A stretch of 64,000 nucleotides of DNA, taken from NCBI GenBank assembly GCA_964291625.2, contig OZ220090.1, positions 992,001 to 1,056,000 of the forward strand, given 5' to 3'. Below are positions 37,730-47,324 of the stretch, piece after piece. A program made the translations under genes and the position numbers. Every line of letters starts with the position of its first letter. The first letter of the stretch is position 1. The notes under the pieces were generated by a model. It did not search any database and had not been told where the DNA came from. It was given only the letters and a program-made list of their open reading frames with translations. The DNA is from Candidatus Latescibacterota bacterium (lineage in GTDB: Bacteria > Latescibacterota > UBA2968 > UBA8231).

Positions 37730-39678
37730 ATGACCGATCCGGCCGCGCGCGGCTCCGGTGTCACCTTGCGATCCCTGCTCACCGGCGTCGTCCTGTCGGT
37801 CTGCATCAGCACCGGCGCGCCGTACGGGAACATGGTGCTGCGCGGGTCGTACATGGCCCTCGACTTCTCCACCGCCGCGGCCATCTTCGTGTTCTTCCTC
37901 CTCGTCTTCCTGGTGCACACCGGGCTCGGGCTGATCGACCGGCGCCTGGCCTTCCGGCCGGAGGAGCTGGTGGTGGTCTACATCATGGCCATCGTCGCCT
38001 GCTCGATCCCGACGATGGGCCTCACCGAGTACCTCCTGCCCATCATCAGCGGCGCCCACTACTACGCCACCCCGGAGAACGAGTGGGCCATCCTCGTCCA
38101 TCCCTGGATCCCGTCGTGGATGGTGCCCCAGGACTTCACCGCCGTGAAGTACTTCTACGAGGGGTCGCCGCGGGGCCTCGGCATCCTCTGGGAGGCCTGG
38201 ATCACCCCCCTGCTGGCCTGGGTGCCCCTGATCCTCGGCATCTACTTCTCCATGGTCTGCCTCATCGTCGTGCTGAGAAAGCAGTGGATCGTGCGCGAGC
38301 GCCTCGCCTTTCCCCTGGTGCAGGTGCCCCTGGCCATGATCGAGGAGGACGGCCGCGGGCGCGCCCTGAAACCGTTCTTCCGCAGCTGGCTCATGTGGAC
38401 GGGGTTCCTCGTCCCCGTCGTCGTCGGCACCATGAAGGCGCTGCACAACTACTACAACTTCATACCCACCGTCGTCACCCAGACCTCGATCCCCCTGTTC
38501 CGCAACACCGCCAGCCTGTCGATCGCCCTGAGCTTCCCCATGCTCGGCTTCAGCTACCTGGTCAACACCGAGATCGCCTTCTCCATCTGGTTCTTCAGCC
38601 TCCTGGCCCGCGCCCAGGAGGGCGTCTTCGGGGTGCTCGGCGTCTCCTCCCCCGAGAGGCTGTGGTACGCCCCGCCCGAGCCTATCGTCGCCCACCAGGG
38701 CATGGGCGCCTTCGTCGTCATGGTCCTCTTCGGCCTGTGGACGGCCCGGGACCACCTGCGGGACGTATTGCGGAAAGCCTTCCGCGGGGACCCCGACGTC
38801 GACGACGGCGACGAGATCCTCTCCTACCGCACCGCCGTCCTCGGGTTCTGCGGCGTCAACGTGCTCACCGGCTGGTGGCTGTGGATGGCGGGCTTGGCCC
38901 TGTGGGCGGTGCCCGTCTACCTCGGGGTGATGTACCTCGTCTTCCTGGCCATCACGCGCATCGTCGCCGAGGGCGGCGTCGCCGCGGCCCGGGCGCCGCT
39001 GATCCCCTCCGACTTCATGCACTCCAGCTTCGGCAACACCGTCCTCGGCCCGCAGAGCCTGACCGCCCTCGGCTTCACCTACGTCTGGGCCGCCGACGTG
39101 CGCACCTTCGTCATGGCCTCGGCGGCCAACGGCCTGCGCCTGGCCGAGGACCAGCTCGCCCGCCGCAAGCGGGCCTTGTTCTGGGCCATCGCCCTGGCGG
39201 TGGTGGCCAGCATCGCCTCGTCGATCTGGGCGGTGATGCACATGAGCTACTCCTACGGCGGCATCAACCTGAACAGCTGGTTCTTCGGCCCCACCGGCGG
39301 GCCCGCCTATCCCTTCAACTTCATCACCCACCAGATGAACAACCCCGACGGCCCCGACGGCGTCGGCTGGCTCTCCACCGGCATCGGCGGCGGCGTCATG
39401 GCCGGCCTGATGTTCGCACGGCACCACTTCCTGTGGTGGCCCCTGCACCCCCTCGGCTTCGCGGTGAGCACCATCTCCATGACCAACTACCTGACCCTGT
39501 CGGTCTTCCTCGCCTGGCTGATCAAGTCGGTGATCCTCAAGTACGCGGCCCCCGCCTGTTCTACCGGGCCCGGCCCTTCTTCCTCGGCCTCATCCTGGGC
39601 CAGTTCTTCATCGCCGGCCTGTGGCTGGTCATCGACTGGGCGGCGGGGATGACGGACAACAACATTTACTGGGTCTAG
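37730..39678 (+). CDS. DUF6785/DUF6784-type polytopic membrane protein (putative transporter); frameshift near 39545
   Basis: LRKQW..ERLAFPL, RIVAEGG, WWPLHPLGF; the C-terminus GPRLFYRARPFFLGLILGQ is in another frame and KY[G]GP restores it. Confidence 0.75.
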
Positions 39679-39699
39679 ACGGAGATTCGAGAAATCGGG

Positions 39700-40614
39700 A
39701 TGACCTCGAAAATGGTGATCGACTGCGATCCGGGCGTCGACGACGCCGTCGCCCTGGTCCTGGCCCACCGCCACGCCGAGGTGATCGGCATCACCACCGT
39801 GAGCGGCAACGCGCCCCTGGCCGCGACCACGGCCAACGCCCTCCTCGTGACCGCCCTCCTTGGGGCCGACACCCCCGTGCACGCCGGCGCCGCGGGTCCC
39901 CTGGCCGGCGAGCCGGTCCACGCCTCCGAGGTGCACGGGGAGTCGGGCCTGGGAGGGGTCGCGCCCGTGGAGCACGACCGTACCCCGGCGAGCGACGACG
40001 CCGTCTCCTTCCTCCTCGACGCCGCCGGCGAGGACGTGTGGGTCGTCGCCCTCGGACCGCTGACCAACCTCGCCCTCGCCATCGAGCGCGATCCCTCCTG
40101 GCCGCGGCGGATCGCCGGCCTCTCCCTCATGGGCGGCGGCATTGGTCCGGGCAACTCCTCGGCGGCGGCCGAGTTCAACGTCTTCGCCGATCCCGAGGCC
40201 GCGGCGCGGGTCTTCGACTCCGGCGCCGATCCGGTCATGTGCGGTCTGAACCTCACCCGGCAGCTGCGCACCGACGACGCCTTCACCGCGCGCCTGCGCG
40301 GCCTCGACTCACCCGCGGCGCGGTTCGCGGTTCCGGCCTTCGACTTCCTCCACGGCCGGGTGGTGGCCCTCACCGGCCGCCGCAGCGCCGCCCTGCACGA
40401 CCCGTGCGCCGTCCTGGCGGTGACCCATCCGGAGCTGCTGGAGACGCGGCCCCGGCAGGTCCGGGTGGAGCTGGAGGGCCGGCTGACGCGGGGCATGACC
40501 GTGGTCGACGAGCGCCTCCTGAAGCAGCCCCCCGCGGCCAACGCCAAGGTGGCGTACTCCATCGACGCGGAGCGGGCCCTGGACCTGGTGGTGGAGGCGC
40601 TGGCCGCGGACTGA
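39700..40614 (+). CDS. Inosine-uridine preferring nucleoside hydrolase
   Basis: DCDPGVDDA, VHGESG, GPLTN, AEFN..DPEAA, LHDP. Confidence 0.93.
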   Translation: MTSKMVIDCDPGVDDAVALVLAHRHAEVIGITTVSGNAPLAATTANALLVTALLGADTPVHAGAAGPLAGEPVHASEVHGESGLGGVAPVEHDRTPASDDAVSFLLDAAGEDVWVVALGPLTNLALAIERDPSWPRRIAGLSLMGGGIGPGNSSAAAEFNVFADPEAAARVFDSGADPVMCGLNLTRQLRTDDAFTARLRGLDSPAARFAVPAFDFLHGRVVALTGRRSAALHDPCAVLAVTHPELLETRPRQVRVELEGRLTRGMTVVDERLLKQPPAANAKVAYSIDAERALDLVVEALAAD

Positions 40615-40615
40615 C

Positions 40616-41251
40616 ATGGAAGAAGCCCTGATCTGGGACTGCGACGGCGTCCTCGTCGACAGCGAGGGGCTCAGCACCGCCGCCTGGCAGGCCGTGCTCC
40701 TGCGCCGGGGCGTGCGAGCCACCTCGGCCGACCTGGATCGCTTCACCGGCCGCTCCGACGACGCCGTCCTCGAGCACTACCGCCGGCTCACCGGCGACCT
40801 CCTGGAGGGGATCCTGGAGGAGCGCGAAGCCGAGTTCGAGCGCCAGGCCCGCGGCACCCTGAGAACCTTCCCCGGCCTCCCGGAGCAGCTGAGACGATTG
40901 CACGGCCAGGACCGCAGGATGGCCGTGGCCTCTTCCGGGCGGCTGCCGAGGATCCGGTTCTCCCTGGCGGAAGTCGGGCTGGACCGGTACTTCGAGACCG
41001 TGTGCTCCGCCACCGAGGTGGAGCACGGCAAGCCGGCGCCGGATCTCTTCCTGCTGGCGGCCCGGCGTCTGGCGGTGGCGCCGGGGCGGTGCGTGGTCAT
41101 CGAGGACTCGGTGCCGGGGCTTCAGGCGGCGGCCCGGGCGGGCATGCGCGGCCTGGGGTTCACGTCGAGTCACCCGGCTGGCGTGCTGAGGGAGGCCGGC
41201 GCCGCCGAGACGTTCGATGACTATGGGCGGCTGGAAGGCCTGCTGGGCTGA
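40616..41251 (+). CDS. HAD family phosphatase
   Basis: WDCDGVLVDSE, VASS, GKPAPDLF, IEDS..G. Confidence 0.93.
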   Translation: MEEALIWDCDGVLVDSEGLSTAAWQAVLLRRGVRATSADLDRFTGRSDDAVLEHYRRLTGDLLEGILEEREAEFERQARGTLRTFPGLPEQLRRLHGQDRRMAVASSGRLPRIRFSLAEVGLDRYFETVCSATEVEHGKPAPDLFLLAARRLAVAPGRCVVIEDSVPGLQAAARAGMRGLGFTSSHPAGVLREAGAAETFDDYGRLEGLLG

Positions 41252-41343
41252 GGGGCTGGAGAGACGGCGGAGACTCCGCAGGGCGCAGGCCGCGGCCGGC
41301 GACGCTGCAAACGCAATCGAACCGAGCTGGACCGGGGAGCGCG

Positions 41344-42564
41344 TCAGGCCGCCCGGGCGACTCTCCCGGCTCCGTCACGCAGGCGGCGGACCCTCCGGGC
41401 GAGATCGGCGACGAAATCCAGCAACTGGCCGACCTCCCCGGACAGGTCGAGGGACACGACCTCCAGCCGCTTCCCCGAGTGGCGGACCTGGTACTCCGCC
41501 GGCTGCGCCTCTCCCTTCGCGTAGATCAGCAGGCCGCCGGGCAGATCGAGGGCGGTGGCGTAGGCCAGGAGCTGGTAGAGGTCGGCGTTGGGGACTTCTC
41601 GCCCGCCGCTGATGTTCTTGTACTTCGCATCGCCGACGAAGGTGCAGGTCCGGCCCTCCCACCACGACAAGTCGGGCCTGAGCCGGATGTCCCCACCCTC
41701 GTCGAGGGTGACCCGGGGAGTGCGGTCATCGGAGCGGAAGGTATGCTCGGAGGCCCCGAGTTCCTCCCGCAGCGCCCGGGTCACGAAGCCCTGGAAGACC
41801 TTGTTCATGTCCATCAGGAAGCCGGGCGCGCGCAGGCCGCCCCGGTCGGTCTCGAAAGCTGTGTGCCGCAGGATGAGGCGTGACAGGGCCACGACCTCGC
41901 GGTAGTGCTCGTTCAACCGGTCGAACTGGATATCCGGCACCTCCTTCGGTGGGAAAGAGACCCGCGATACGTTGTCGAGCATCGCCGCGACCCAGCGGAG
42001 TCCGCCGCGGGAAGGCGCGTGCCGGATGCGCATCTGCCCGAGCAGCACGGCCGCCGCCTTCACCAACTGGTTCGCCAGGATGTCCTCCGTGAACTCGTCG
42101 TACCGAACCTCTACCGGAAGTGGCCGATCGAACCTGCGCCGGAGCTGCTCGGCGACCAGGATCCGTCCCCGGACCGTGTGCAGCGCCTCCTCCTCGGTCC
42201 GGTACCCGTGGAGCAGCCCGCGCGCGAAGGCCCGCCGGGCGGCGGAGACAAAGGCGGGAGCCAGCGTCTCGGTCAGCGTATCCGCCTCCTCGAAGGCGAA
42301 GCGCTCCTCCCGCAGATCGACCTCTCCCATCGCGTAGGAGGCGAGGAACAGCACCCGCGATATCTCCAGCTTGGGGCGGATGGATACCGAGAGATCGCCG
42401 AGCTCGAGGGCGCCGATGGTGGAGCCGGGTGTCAGGTACCAGGAGTCGTCGCCCGGAGCGGGCTCGATGTTCAGGGACGGTACCACACGGAGGGCGTCGC
42501 GCTCCGGCGGGGACAATGGCTCGGGGCCGCACCTCGTGTGCTCCTGAAGATCAAGCCTCCGCAT
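41344..42564 (-). CDS. mcrC: McrC family restriction nuclease subunit
   Basis: IRPK, DMNKVFQ, LRPDL..GDAKYK, DLYQLLAY; overlaps the McrB stop. Confidence 0.9.
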   Translation of the reverse strand: MRRLDLQEHTRCGPEPLSPPERDALRVVPSLNIEPAPGDDSWYLTPGSTIGALELGDLSVSIRPKLEISRVLFLASYAMGEVDLREERFAFEEADTLTETLAPAFVSAARRAFARGLLHGYRTEEEALHTVRGRILVAEQLRRRFDRPLPVEVRYDEFTEDILANQLVKAAAVLLGQMRIRHAPSRGGLRWVAAMLDNVSRVSFPPKEVPDIQFDRLNEHYREVVALSRLILRHTAFETDRGGLRAPGFLMDMNKVFQGFVTRALREELGASEHTFRSDDRTPRVTLDEGGDIRLRPDLSWWEGRTCTFVGDAKYKNISGGREVPNADLYQLLAYATALDLPGGLLIYAKGEAQPAEYQVRHSGKRLEVVSLDLSGEVGQLLDFVADLARRVRRLRDGAGRVARAA

Positions 42565-44077
42565 CGTCGGCCCCGGTACTCTCGGAGTCGATCTCCTCGG
42601 GGCCGCCTTCCAGGGCCGCGCGCTCGACTTCACGCCGCAGCCTGTCCAGATCGAACCCGTCGATGCGGTCCTGCTGCCCGAAGAGCTGCTCCTCGATGTA
42701 GGGACGGACGTTGTGCTGCCAGGTCAGGCGGATCATCTCTTCGTCGAGCCCGTTGCGCATGAAGTAGCTCGGACCGATGGCCCCCTGCTGGTCCTCCAGC
42801 TTCTCGTTGGCCCGGTCGACGAGGTCCGCGACCCAACCCATCCCGCTGGCGTTTCTGGCCAACCAGCGCCTGAGAAGCCCCTTGACGGGCGGTTCCTTCG
42901 GGTGGAACTCCACGAAATGGAACCGCCGCCGCAGGGCGAGGTCCACCAGCGCGATGGAGCGGTCGGCGGTGTTCATGGTGCCGATGATGTAGAGATTCCC
43001 AGGGAGGGAGAAGGGCTCGTCGGAGTATTGGAGGCGCATCTCCTCGTCGCGGTACTCCAGCAGGAAGTACAGCTCGCCGAAGACCTTGGCGAGGTTGCCG
43101 CGGTTGATCTCGTCGATGACGAGGAAGTGCCTGGCCTCCGGCTCTTCCCGGGCCCTCTCGGCCATGTCGCGCAGGGGCCCGTTCCTGAGCTCGAAACCTG
43201 CCTGGCCGTCTCTCAGGGTTGGGCGGTAGCCTTGGACGAAGTCCTCGTAGGCATACGACGGGTGGAACTGGACGAGCCGCACCCGCTCGGCCGATCCGGC
43301 CAGGCACGCCGCTATCCTCCGGGCGGCGTAGGTCTTGCCCGTGCCGGGGGGGCCCTGGAAGATGACCTGGCCCTTGTCGTCAAGCAGTTTCTCGATGACC
43401 TGAAGGGAGCCGGTGTCGAACAGGAGTTCGTCCGCCAGGGCTGCCAGGGACGCCGTCGGCTTCGCGGAAGGCCTGGTGGAAGGAGCTGACCACCACCACA
43501 CGATCCCCTGAGCGTCGAGTCGGTTGGCGGGTCTGTCCAATTTCAGCGCCCTGGCTCTGTCCACGAGCCGATCGAGGAATCGAAGGGCATGCTCATAGCT
43601 CGCCACTGTATCGGCGCCCATGGGCGGCTTGTCATAACCTGCCTGGCGATAGGCCTTGTCGAAGGACCTGAATCTGATGGGTGCATACGCTGGGTCCAGT
43701 GCCATCAGCAGGACCGAGACCGGTCTCGGATGGACCCTGGGCTCTCCTGGTGTGGATGCCTTGGCAATGAAAGCCCGCATCCGCTCGCCGGGCGCCGTGT
43801 CGCCTTCTGCCCACAGCGCTCGCAGGGCTTGCAGCGCGTCTTCCGGACGGGACTCGATCCAACTCAGTATGGCGCCTGTCATGAGCTCCGTTGATAGTTT
43901 CTCGAGCCCTTTCTCTACGAGTGAGACCCACTCGCTGTCACCGGAGAGCACCGCCCGGCGTGCCTGGCGAAGGTTCTCGACTATCTCGGGGATGTCCTGC
44001 TGCGCCTGGTCGAGCTTCCCAGATTCGATGAACCGTTGGGCTTCCCTGAGGTAGGCGTCGAATCTCGACTCGCTCAT
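42551..44077 (-). CDS. mcrB: McrB family AAA+ GTPase
   Basis: GPPGTGKT, QFHPSYAYEDF, IDEINRGN, GTMNTADRS, LRRRF; N-terminal domain unidentified. Confidence 0.93.
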   Translation of the reverse strand: MSESRFDAYLREAQRFIESGKLDQAQQDIPEIVENLRQARRAVLSGDSEWVSLVEKGLEKLSTELMTGAILSWIESRPEDALQALRALWAEGDTAPGERMRAFIAKASTPGEPRVHPRPVSVLLMALDPAYAPIRFRSFDKAYRQAGYDKPPMGADTVASYEHALRFLDRLVDRARALKLDRPANRLDAQGIVWWWSAPSTRPSAKPTASLAALADELLFDTGSLQVIEKLLDDKGQVIFQGPPGTGKTYAARRIAACLAGSAERVRLVQFHPSYAYEDFVQGYRPTLRDGQAGFELRNGPLRDMAERAREEPEARHFLVIDEINRGNLAKVFGELYFLLEYRDEEMRLQYSDEPFSLPGNLYIIGTMNTADRSIALVDLALRRRFHFVEFHPKEPPVKGLLRRWLARNASGMGWVADLVDRANEKLEDQQGAIGPSYFMRNGLDEEMIRLTWQHNVRPYIEEQLFGQQDRIDGFDLDRLRREVERAALEGGPEEIDSESTGADDAEA

Positions 44078-44457
44078 GCCGCGCCTTGCCGAACCTGCTG
44101 TCCTCCGTTGCCTGGCTGCCATCGTCGCCTTTCCTGTCGGTAACGCGAAGCCACGCCGCCACCCGCCACGACGGCAAGTGCCAACCAGCGGACAACCCCG
44201 CTGCGACACCCGATGCGGCGGGCATAACGGGACCCCACCCGCCGTGTCCAGATCTGTGCATCGAGTACTCGTGCGAGGAGCCGGTCGGATGCGGCCAGCT
44301 CGTCCTGGTCGATCTCATAGGCTCCCGTTTCGATGTCGATGACCGCGAACTTGCCTTCGTCCTCGGATCCGACGTTTGGACTCACTTGCCGGTCGTAGAT
44401 CTCATCGCCGCGACGGGCGAACTCCTCTTTGCTGTACCGCGGACTTGGTGCGCGCAT
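44074..44457 (-). CDS. Small conserved-type hypothetical protein (EEFARRG..IY..GK..IDIETG family)
   Basis: RYSKEEFARRGDEIY, GKFAVIDIETGAYEI, AQIW..RVG; stop overlaps the McrB ATG. Confidence 0.65.
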   Translation of the reverse strand: MRAPSPRYSKEEFARRGDEIYDRQVSPNVGSEDEGKFAVIDIETGAYEIDQDELAASDRLLARVLDAQIWTRRVGSRYARRIGCRSGVVRWLALAVVAGGGVASRYRQERRRWQPGNGGQQVRQGAA

Positions 44458-44458
44458 T

Positions 44459-44833
44459 CTATCCCCTTTCCTGGGAACGAGCCGGCTTGCTGAGGACGAC
44501 CTCGGTCCCCCGCCTCAGCGTCAACCGCAGGTAGTCCTCCGTCGTCTCGAACTCCGGGTCGACACCGTTGTGGGCGCGCATCTGGGGGATGATCTTGTTG
44601 CGCACCCCCATGCCCCGCGCATCGGAGTAGCTGTAGTCCCGCAGCGTCTCGGAGATGAGGAGATTGCGGGGCACCCGCTGGCCGGCCACCATCTTCTCGA
44701 CGGTCATGCCGTTCTGCAGCGCGCCGGGGCTGAGGATCTCGATGCGGTCCGAGTAGCGGACCACCTCGATCTCCTCGTACCGCGTCCAGTCGCGGTGGGT
44801 CAGGGTGCGGACTTCGCGCTCGCCAGTGCTCAC
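44459..44833 (-). pseudogene. HATPase_c_4 (RecG-C-terminal-like) fragment lacking the N-terminal AlbA domain
   Basis: HRDW, DRIEILSPG, RNLLI..LRD, RGMG; only about 10 residues precede HRDW; GTGA overlap with the upstream stop. Confidence 0.7.
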
Positions 44834-45698
44834 GTCCGGGAGCTTCCCGGGTCCAGGGCTGTGACCGCGGCCCAACCCTCGTCCGTCAACCGATACTGCT
44901 GGAGCCGGCTCCGGGGCTTGTCGGGAATCGTGTATGCGATTCTCCCGTCAGCAACAAGCAGCCGGATCACCTTGTTGAGCTGACCGGAGATCTTCTTCTG
45001 TCCCAGACGGCTGGACAGCTCCGTCTTCGACATCGGCCCATCCGCCAGTTCCTTGAGCACTCTCAGCACCAGCGACTCTGGCTGTGGCTCTGCTGACTCT
45101 GGCTGCGACTCTGGCTGCGACTCTGGCTGCGACTCTGGCTGCGACTCTGGCTGCGACTCTGCTGACTCTGGCTGTGACTCTGGCTGTGGCTCTGCTGACT
45201 CTGGCTGGTCCGCGGCTTCAGCCTCACCGACTACCCCTGCCTGGGTAGTCTTCGGGGTGGTGGCGCTGCCGGCCTTGGAATCGGCGGCCCGGTACGCGGC
45301 GGAGAACGGGAACCGCAACCACAGACCATCGCCACTCGATTCCACCCTCCACTCCGGTGTGGGGTTGCCAGCCTCCCGGCACATGTCCACGATCCGGCGG
45401 ATGCCCCGCCCCCAGGCTTCGATCATTCCGGCCCGGAAGAAGGCGTAGGCGATCCGCGGGTTGTACGGCTTCGAGGAAAGATCCCCGGCAAGTGGATCGG
45501 CAGTCCATTCCGGCGGCAACTGCACCGCATTCCAGATCGCAATCCGGTCGTCGTACACGCGGATCTGAATCGTGGTGGGGCTGGCGTAATCGCGGTGGAT
45601 GACGGCGTTGATCACCGCTTCCCGCATGGCTTCGCGCGGCACGGGGAAGTCACGTCCCGCCAGGTCTCCTTCCACTCGATGTTCTGACTCTCGCTCAT
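44830..45698 (-). pseudogene. AlbA_2-HATPase_c_4-HTH gene with large internal deletion
   Basis: ATG 45698 reads MSESQNIEWKETWRD (AlbA_2-type start) then joins out of frame to FPVPREAMREAVINAVIHRDY..SKPYNP..WGRG and a C-terminal wHTH (TIPDKPRSRLQQYRLT). Confidence 0.75.
45074..45207 (-). repeat. 12-bp tandem repeat (gactctggctgc) encoding QPES units
   Basis: Nine QPES units interrupted by 9-bp AEP/AES spacers, in the linker before the HTH. Confidence 0.9.
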
Positions 45699-45915
45699 GT
45701 CGTCCGTCAGGGCCCCGGGTCCCCGGGGAGGTCGTCGCCCTCACCGCGGTTGGCCCGCGAGTCGAGCCGGCCGGCGATGGCGATGATATTGAAGTATAGT
45801 GAAACCAACTGTCGGTCCGGCCGGGCCAGGCCCGCCACCAATCTCCCTTGACCACGATCACCTTCGCCGTTACCCTCAACTCCGTCAACCACTTACGTCG
45901 CCTGGCCAGGCGCTG

Positions 45916-46590
45916 ATGGACGGTCCCCGGCGCCGGGTGGCGTGGATCCCGGCCCTTCTCATCTTCGCTGCCATCCCCCTCATACCCGATCCGCCGGCGC
46001 CCGTGGAGCGCGTCCCGGCCCTCGACCTGGAGTCCGTGCGCTCCGCCGAGTGCGAGTACCGGGGGATCACCGCCTCCTTCGACGAGATCACCCGGGCCTA
46101 CGCCCTCACCGCCTTCGACAACCCCCGCCTCCAGGGCTGGGAGGCCCGGCCGAACCCGGCCAGCCCCGAGACCGAGGCCCTGGTGACGGCGGCCTTCCTC
46201 GTCGACGGGGTCCGGCCGCCGGAGGACGGCGCGGAGGTCCCGGACCTGCGCCGCCGGGCCGGCGAGACCCTGCGGGTCACGTGGAGGCTGAACAACCTGG
46301 CCGCGGTCCCGGTGAACGCCTTCGACGACTATTCCCGCGACGCCCTCGACAGCTTCCGCCGCACCGTGGACGGGATGCTCGAGCGCATGGTCTACCTCGC
46401 CTGGCCGGCGGGCCTGCGCACCTCCCCCGGAGCCGCCGACAGCACCCGTCTCGAGGCGGCCACCGTGCTCCTGCTGGAGGAGGACCCGGACAGCCTCGGC
46501 GGCGGCTGGACGCGGGTGCGGGTGCCCGCCGACACCACCGCCGGCTGGGTGCGGTCCGACCTGCTGCGCCCGGTCCACGGGAACGACTGA
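45916..46590 (+). CDS. Exported hypothetical protein, possible C-terminal SH3b-like segment
   Basis: Hydrophobic N-terminus; [16 protein letters not shown]; stop overlaps the ABC ATPase start. Confidence 0.55.
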   Translation: MDGPRRRVAWIPALLIFAAIPLIPDPPAPVERVPALDLESVRSAECEYRGITASFDEITRAYALTAFDNPRLQGWEARPNPASPETEALVTAAFLVDGVRPPEDGAEVPDLRRRAGETLRVTWRLNNLAAVPVNAFDDYSRDALDSFRRTVDGMLERMVYLAWPAGLRTSPGAADSTRLEAATVLLLEEDPDSLGGGWTRVRVPADTTAGWVRSDLLRPVHGND

Positions 46591-47321
46591 TGGCCCCCGC
46601 GGCGTCCCTCATCCAGATGGAGGGGATCACCCGGACCTACGACATGGGCGGCACCCAGGTGCACGCCCTGCGCGGCGTCGACCTGGAGATCGCCGCCAAC
46701 GAGTACGTGGCCGTCATGGGCCCGTCCGGCTCGGGAAAGTCGACGCTGATGAACATCATCGGCTGTCTCGACGTGCCCACCGCCGGGGCCTACCGTCTCA
46801 ACGGCCAGCTGGCCAGCGACATGGACGACGACGAGCTGGCCCGCATCCGCAACGAGGAGATCGGCTTCGTCTTCCAGACCTTCAACCTCCTGCCCCGCTC
46901 CGACGCCCTGCGCAACGTCGAGCTGCCCCTGGTCTACGCCGGGGTCACCGGCGCCGGGCGCCGCGAGCGCGCCGAGCAGGCCCTGGAGGCGGTGGGCCTC
47001 GCCGACCGCATGAGCCACCGGCCCAACGAGCTGTCCGGCGGCCAGCGCCAGCGCGTGGCCATCGCCCGGGCCCTGGCCAACGACCCCTCCATCCTGCTGG
47101 CCGACGAGCCCACGGGGGCCCTGGACTCGCGCACCGGAATCGAGATCATGGAGCTCTTCGGCCGCCTGCAGGAGGCCGGGAACACGATCATCCTCGTCAC
47201 CCACGAAGAGCACATCGCCGCCTGCGCCCGCCGCGTCGTCCGCTTCCTCGACGGCCGGGTGGAGAGCGACGCCGCCGCCGGGAACGCGCCGGCGGCGGCC
47301 CTGCCGGCGGCTGGAGGCTGA
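46590..47321 (+). CDS. ABC transporter ATP-binding protein (MacB/LolD-like)
   Basis: [38 protein letters not shown]. Confidence 0.95.
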   Translation: MAPAASLIQMEGITRTYDMGGTQVHALRGVDLEIAANEYVAVMGPSGSGKSTLMNIIGCLDVPTAGAYRLNGQLASDMDDDELARIRNEEIGFVFQTFNLLPRSDALRNVELPLVYAGVTGAGRRERAEQALEAVGLADRMSHRPNELSGGQRQRVAIARALANDPSILLADEPTGALDSRTGIEIMELFGRLQEAGNTIILVTHEEHIAACARRVVRFLDGRVESDAAAGNAPAAALPAAGG

Positions 47322-47324
47322 GGC

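Noticed and set aside
39540-39550. Programmed ribosomal frameshifting at the three broken genes
   Set aside because: No canonical slippery heptamer; all three are one-base losses, more simply explained by assembly error
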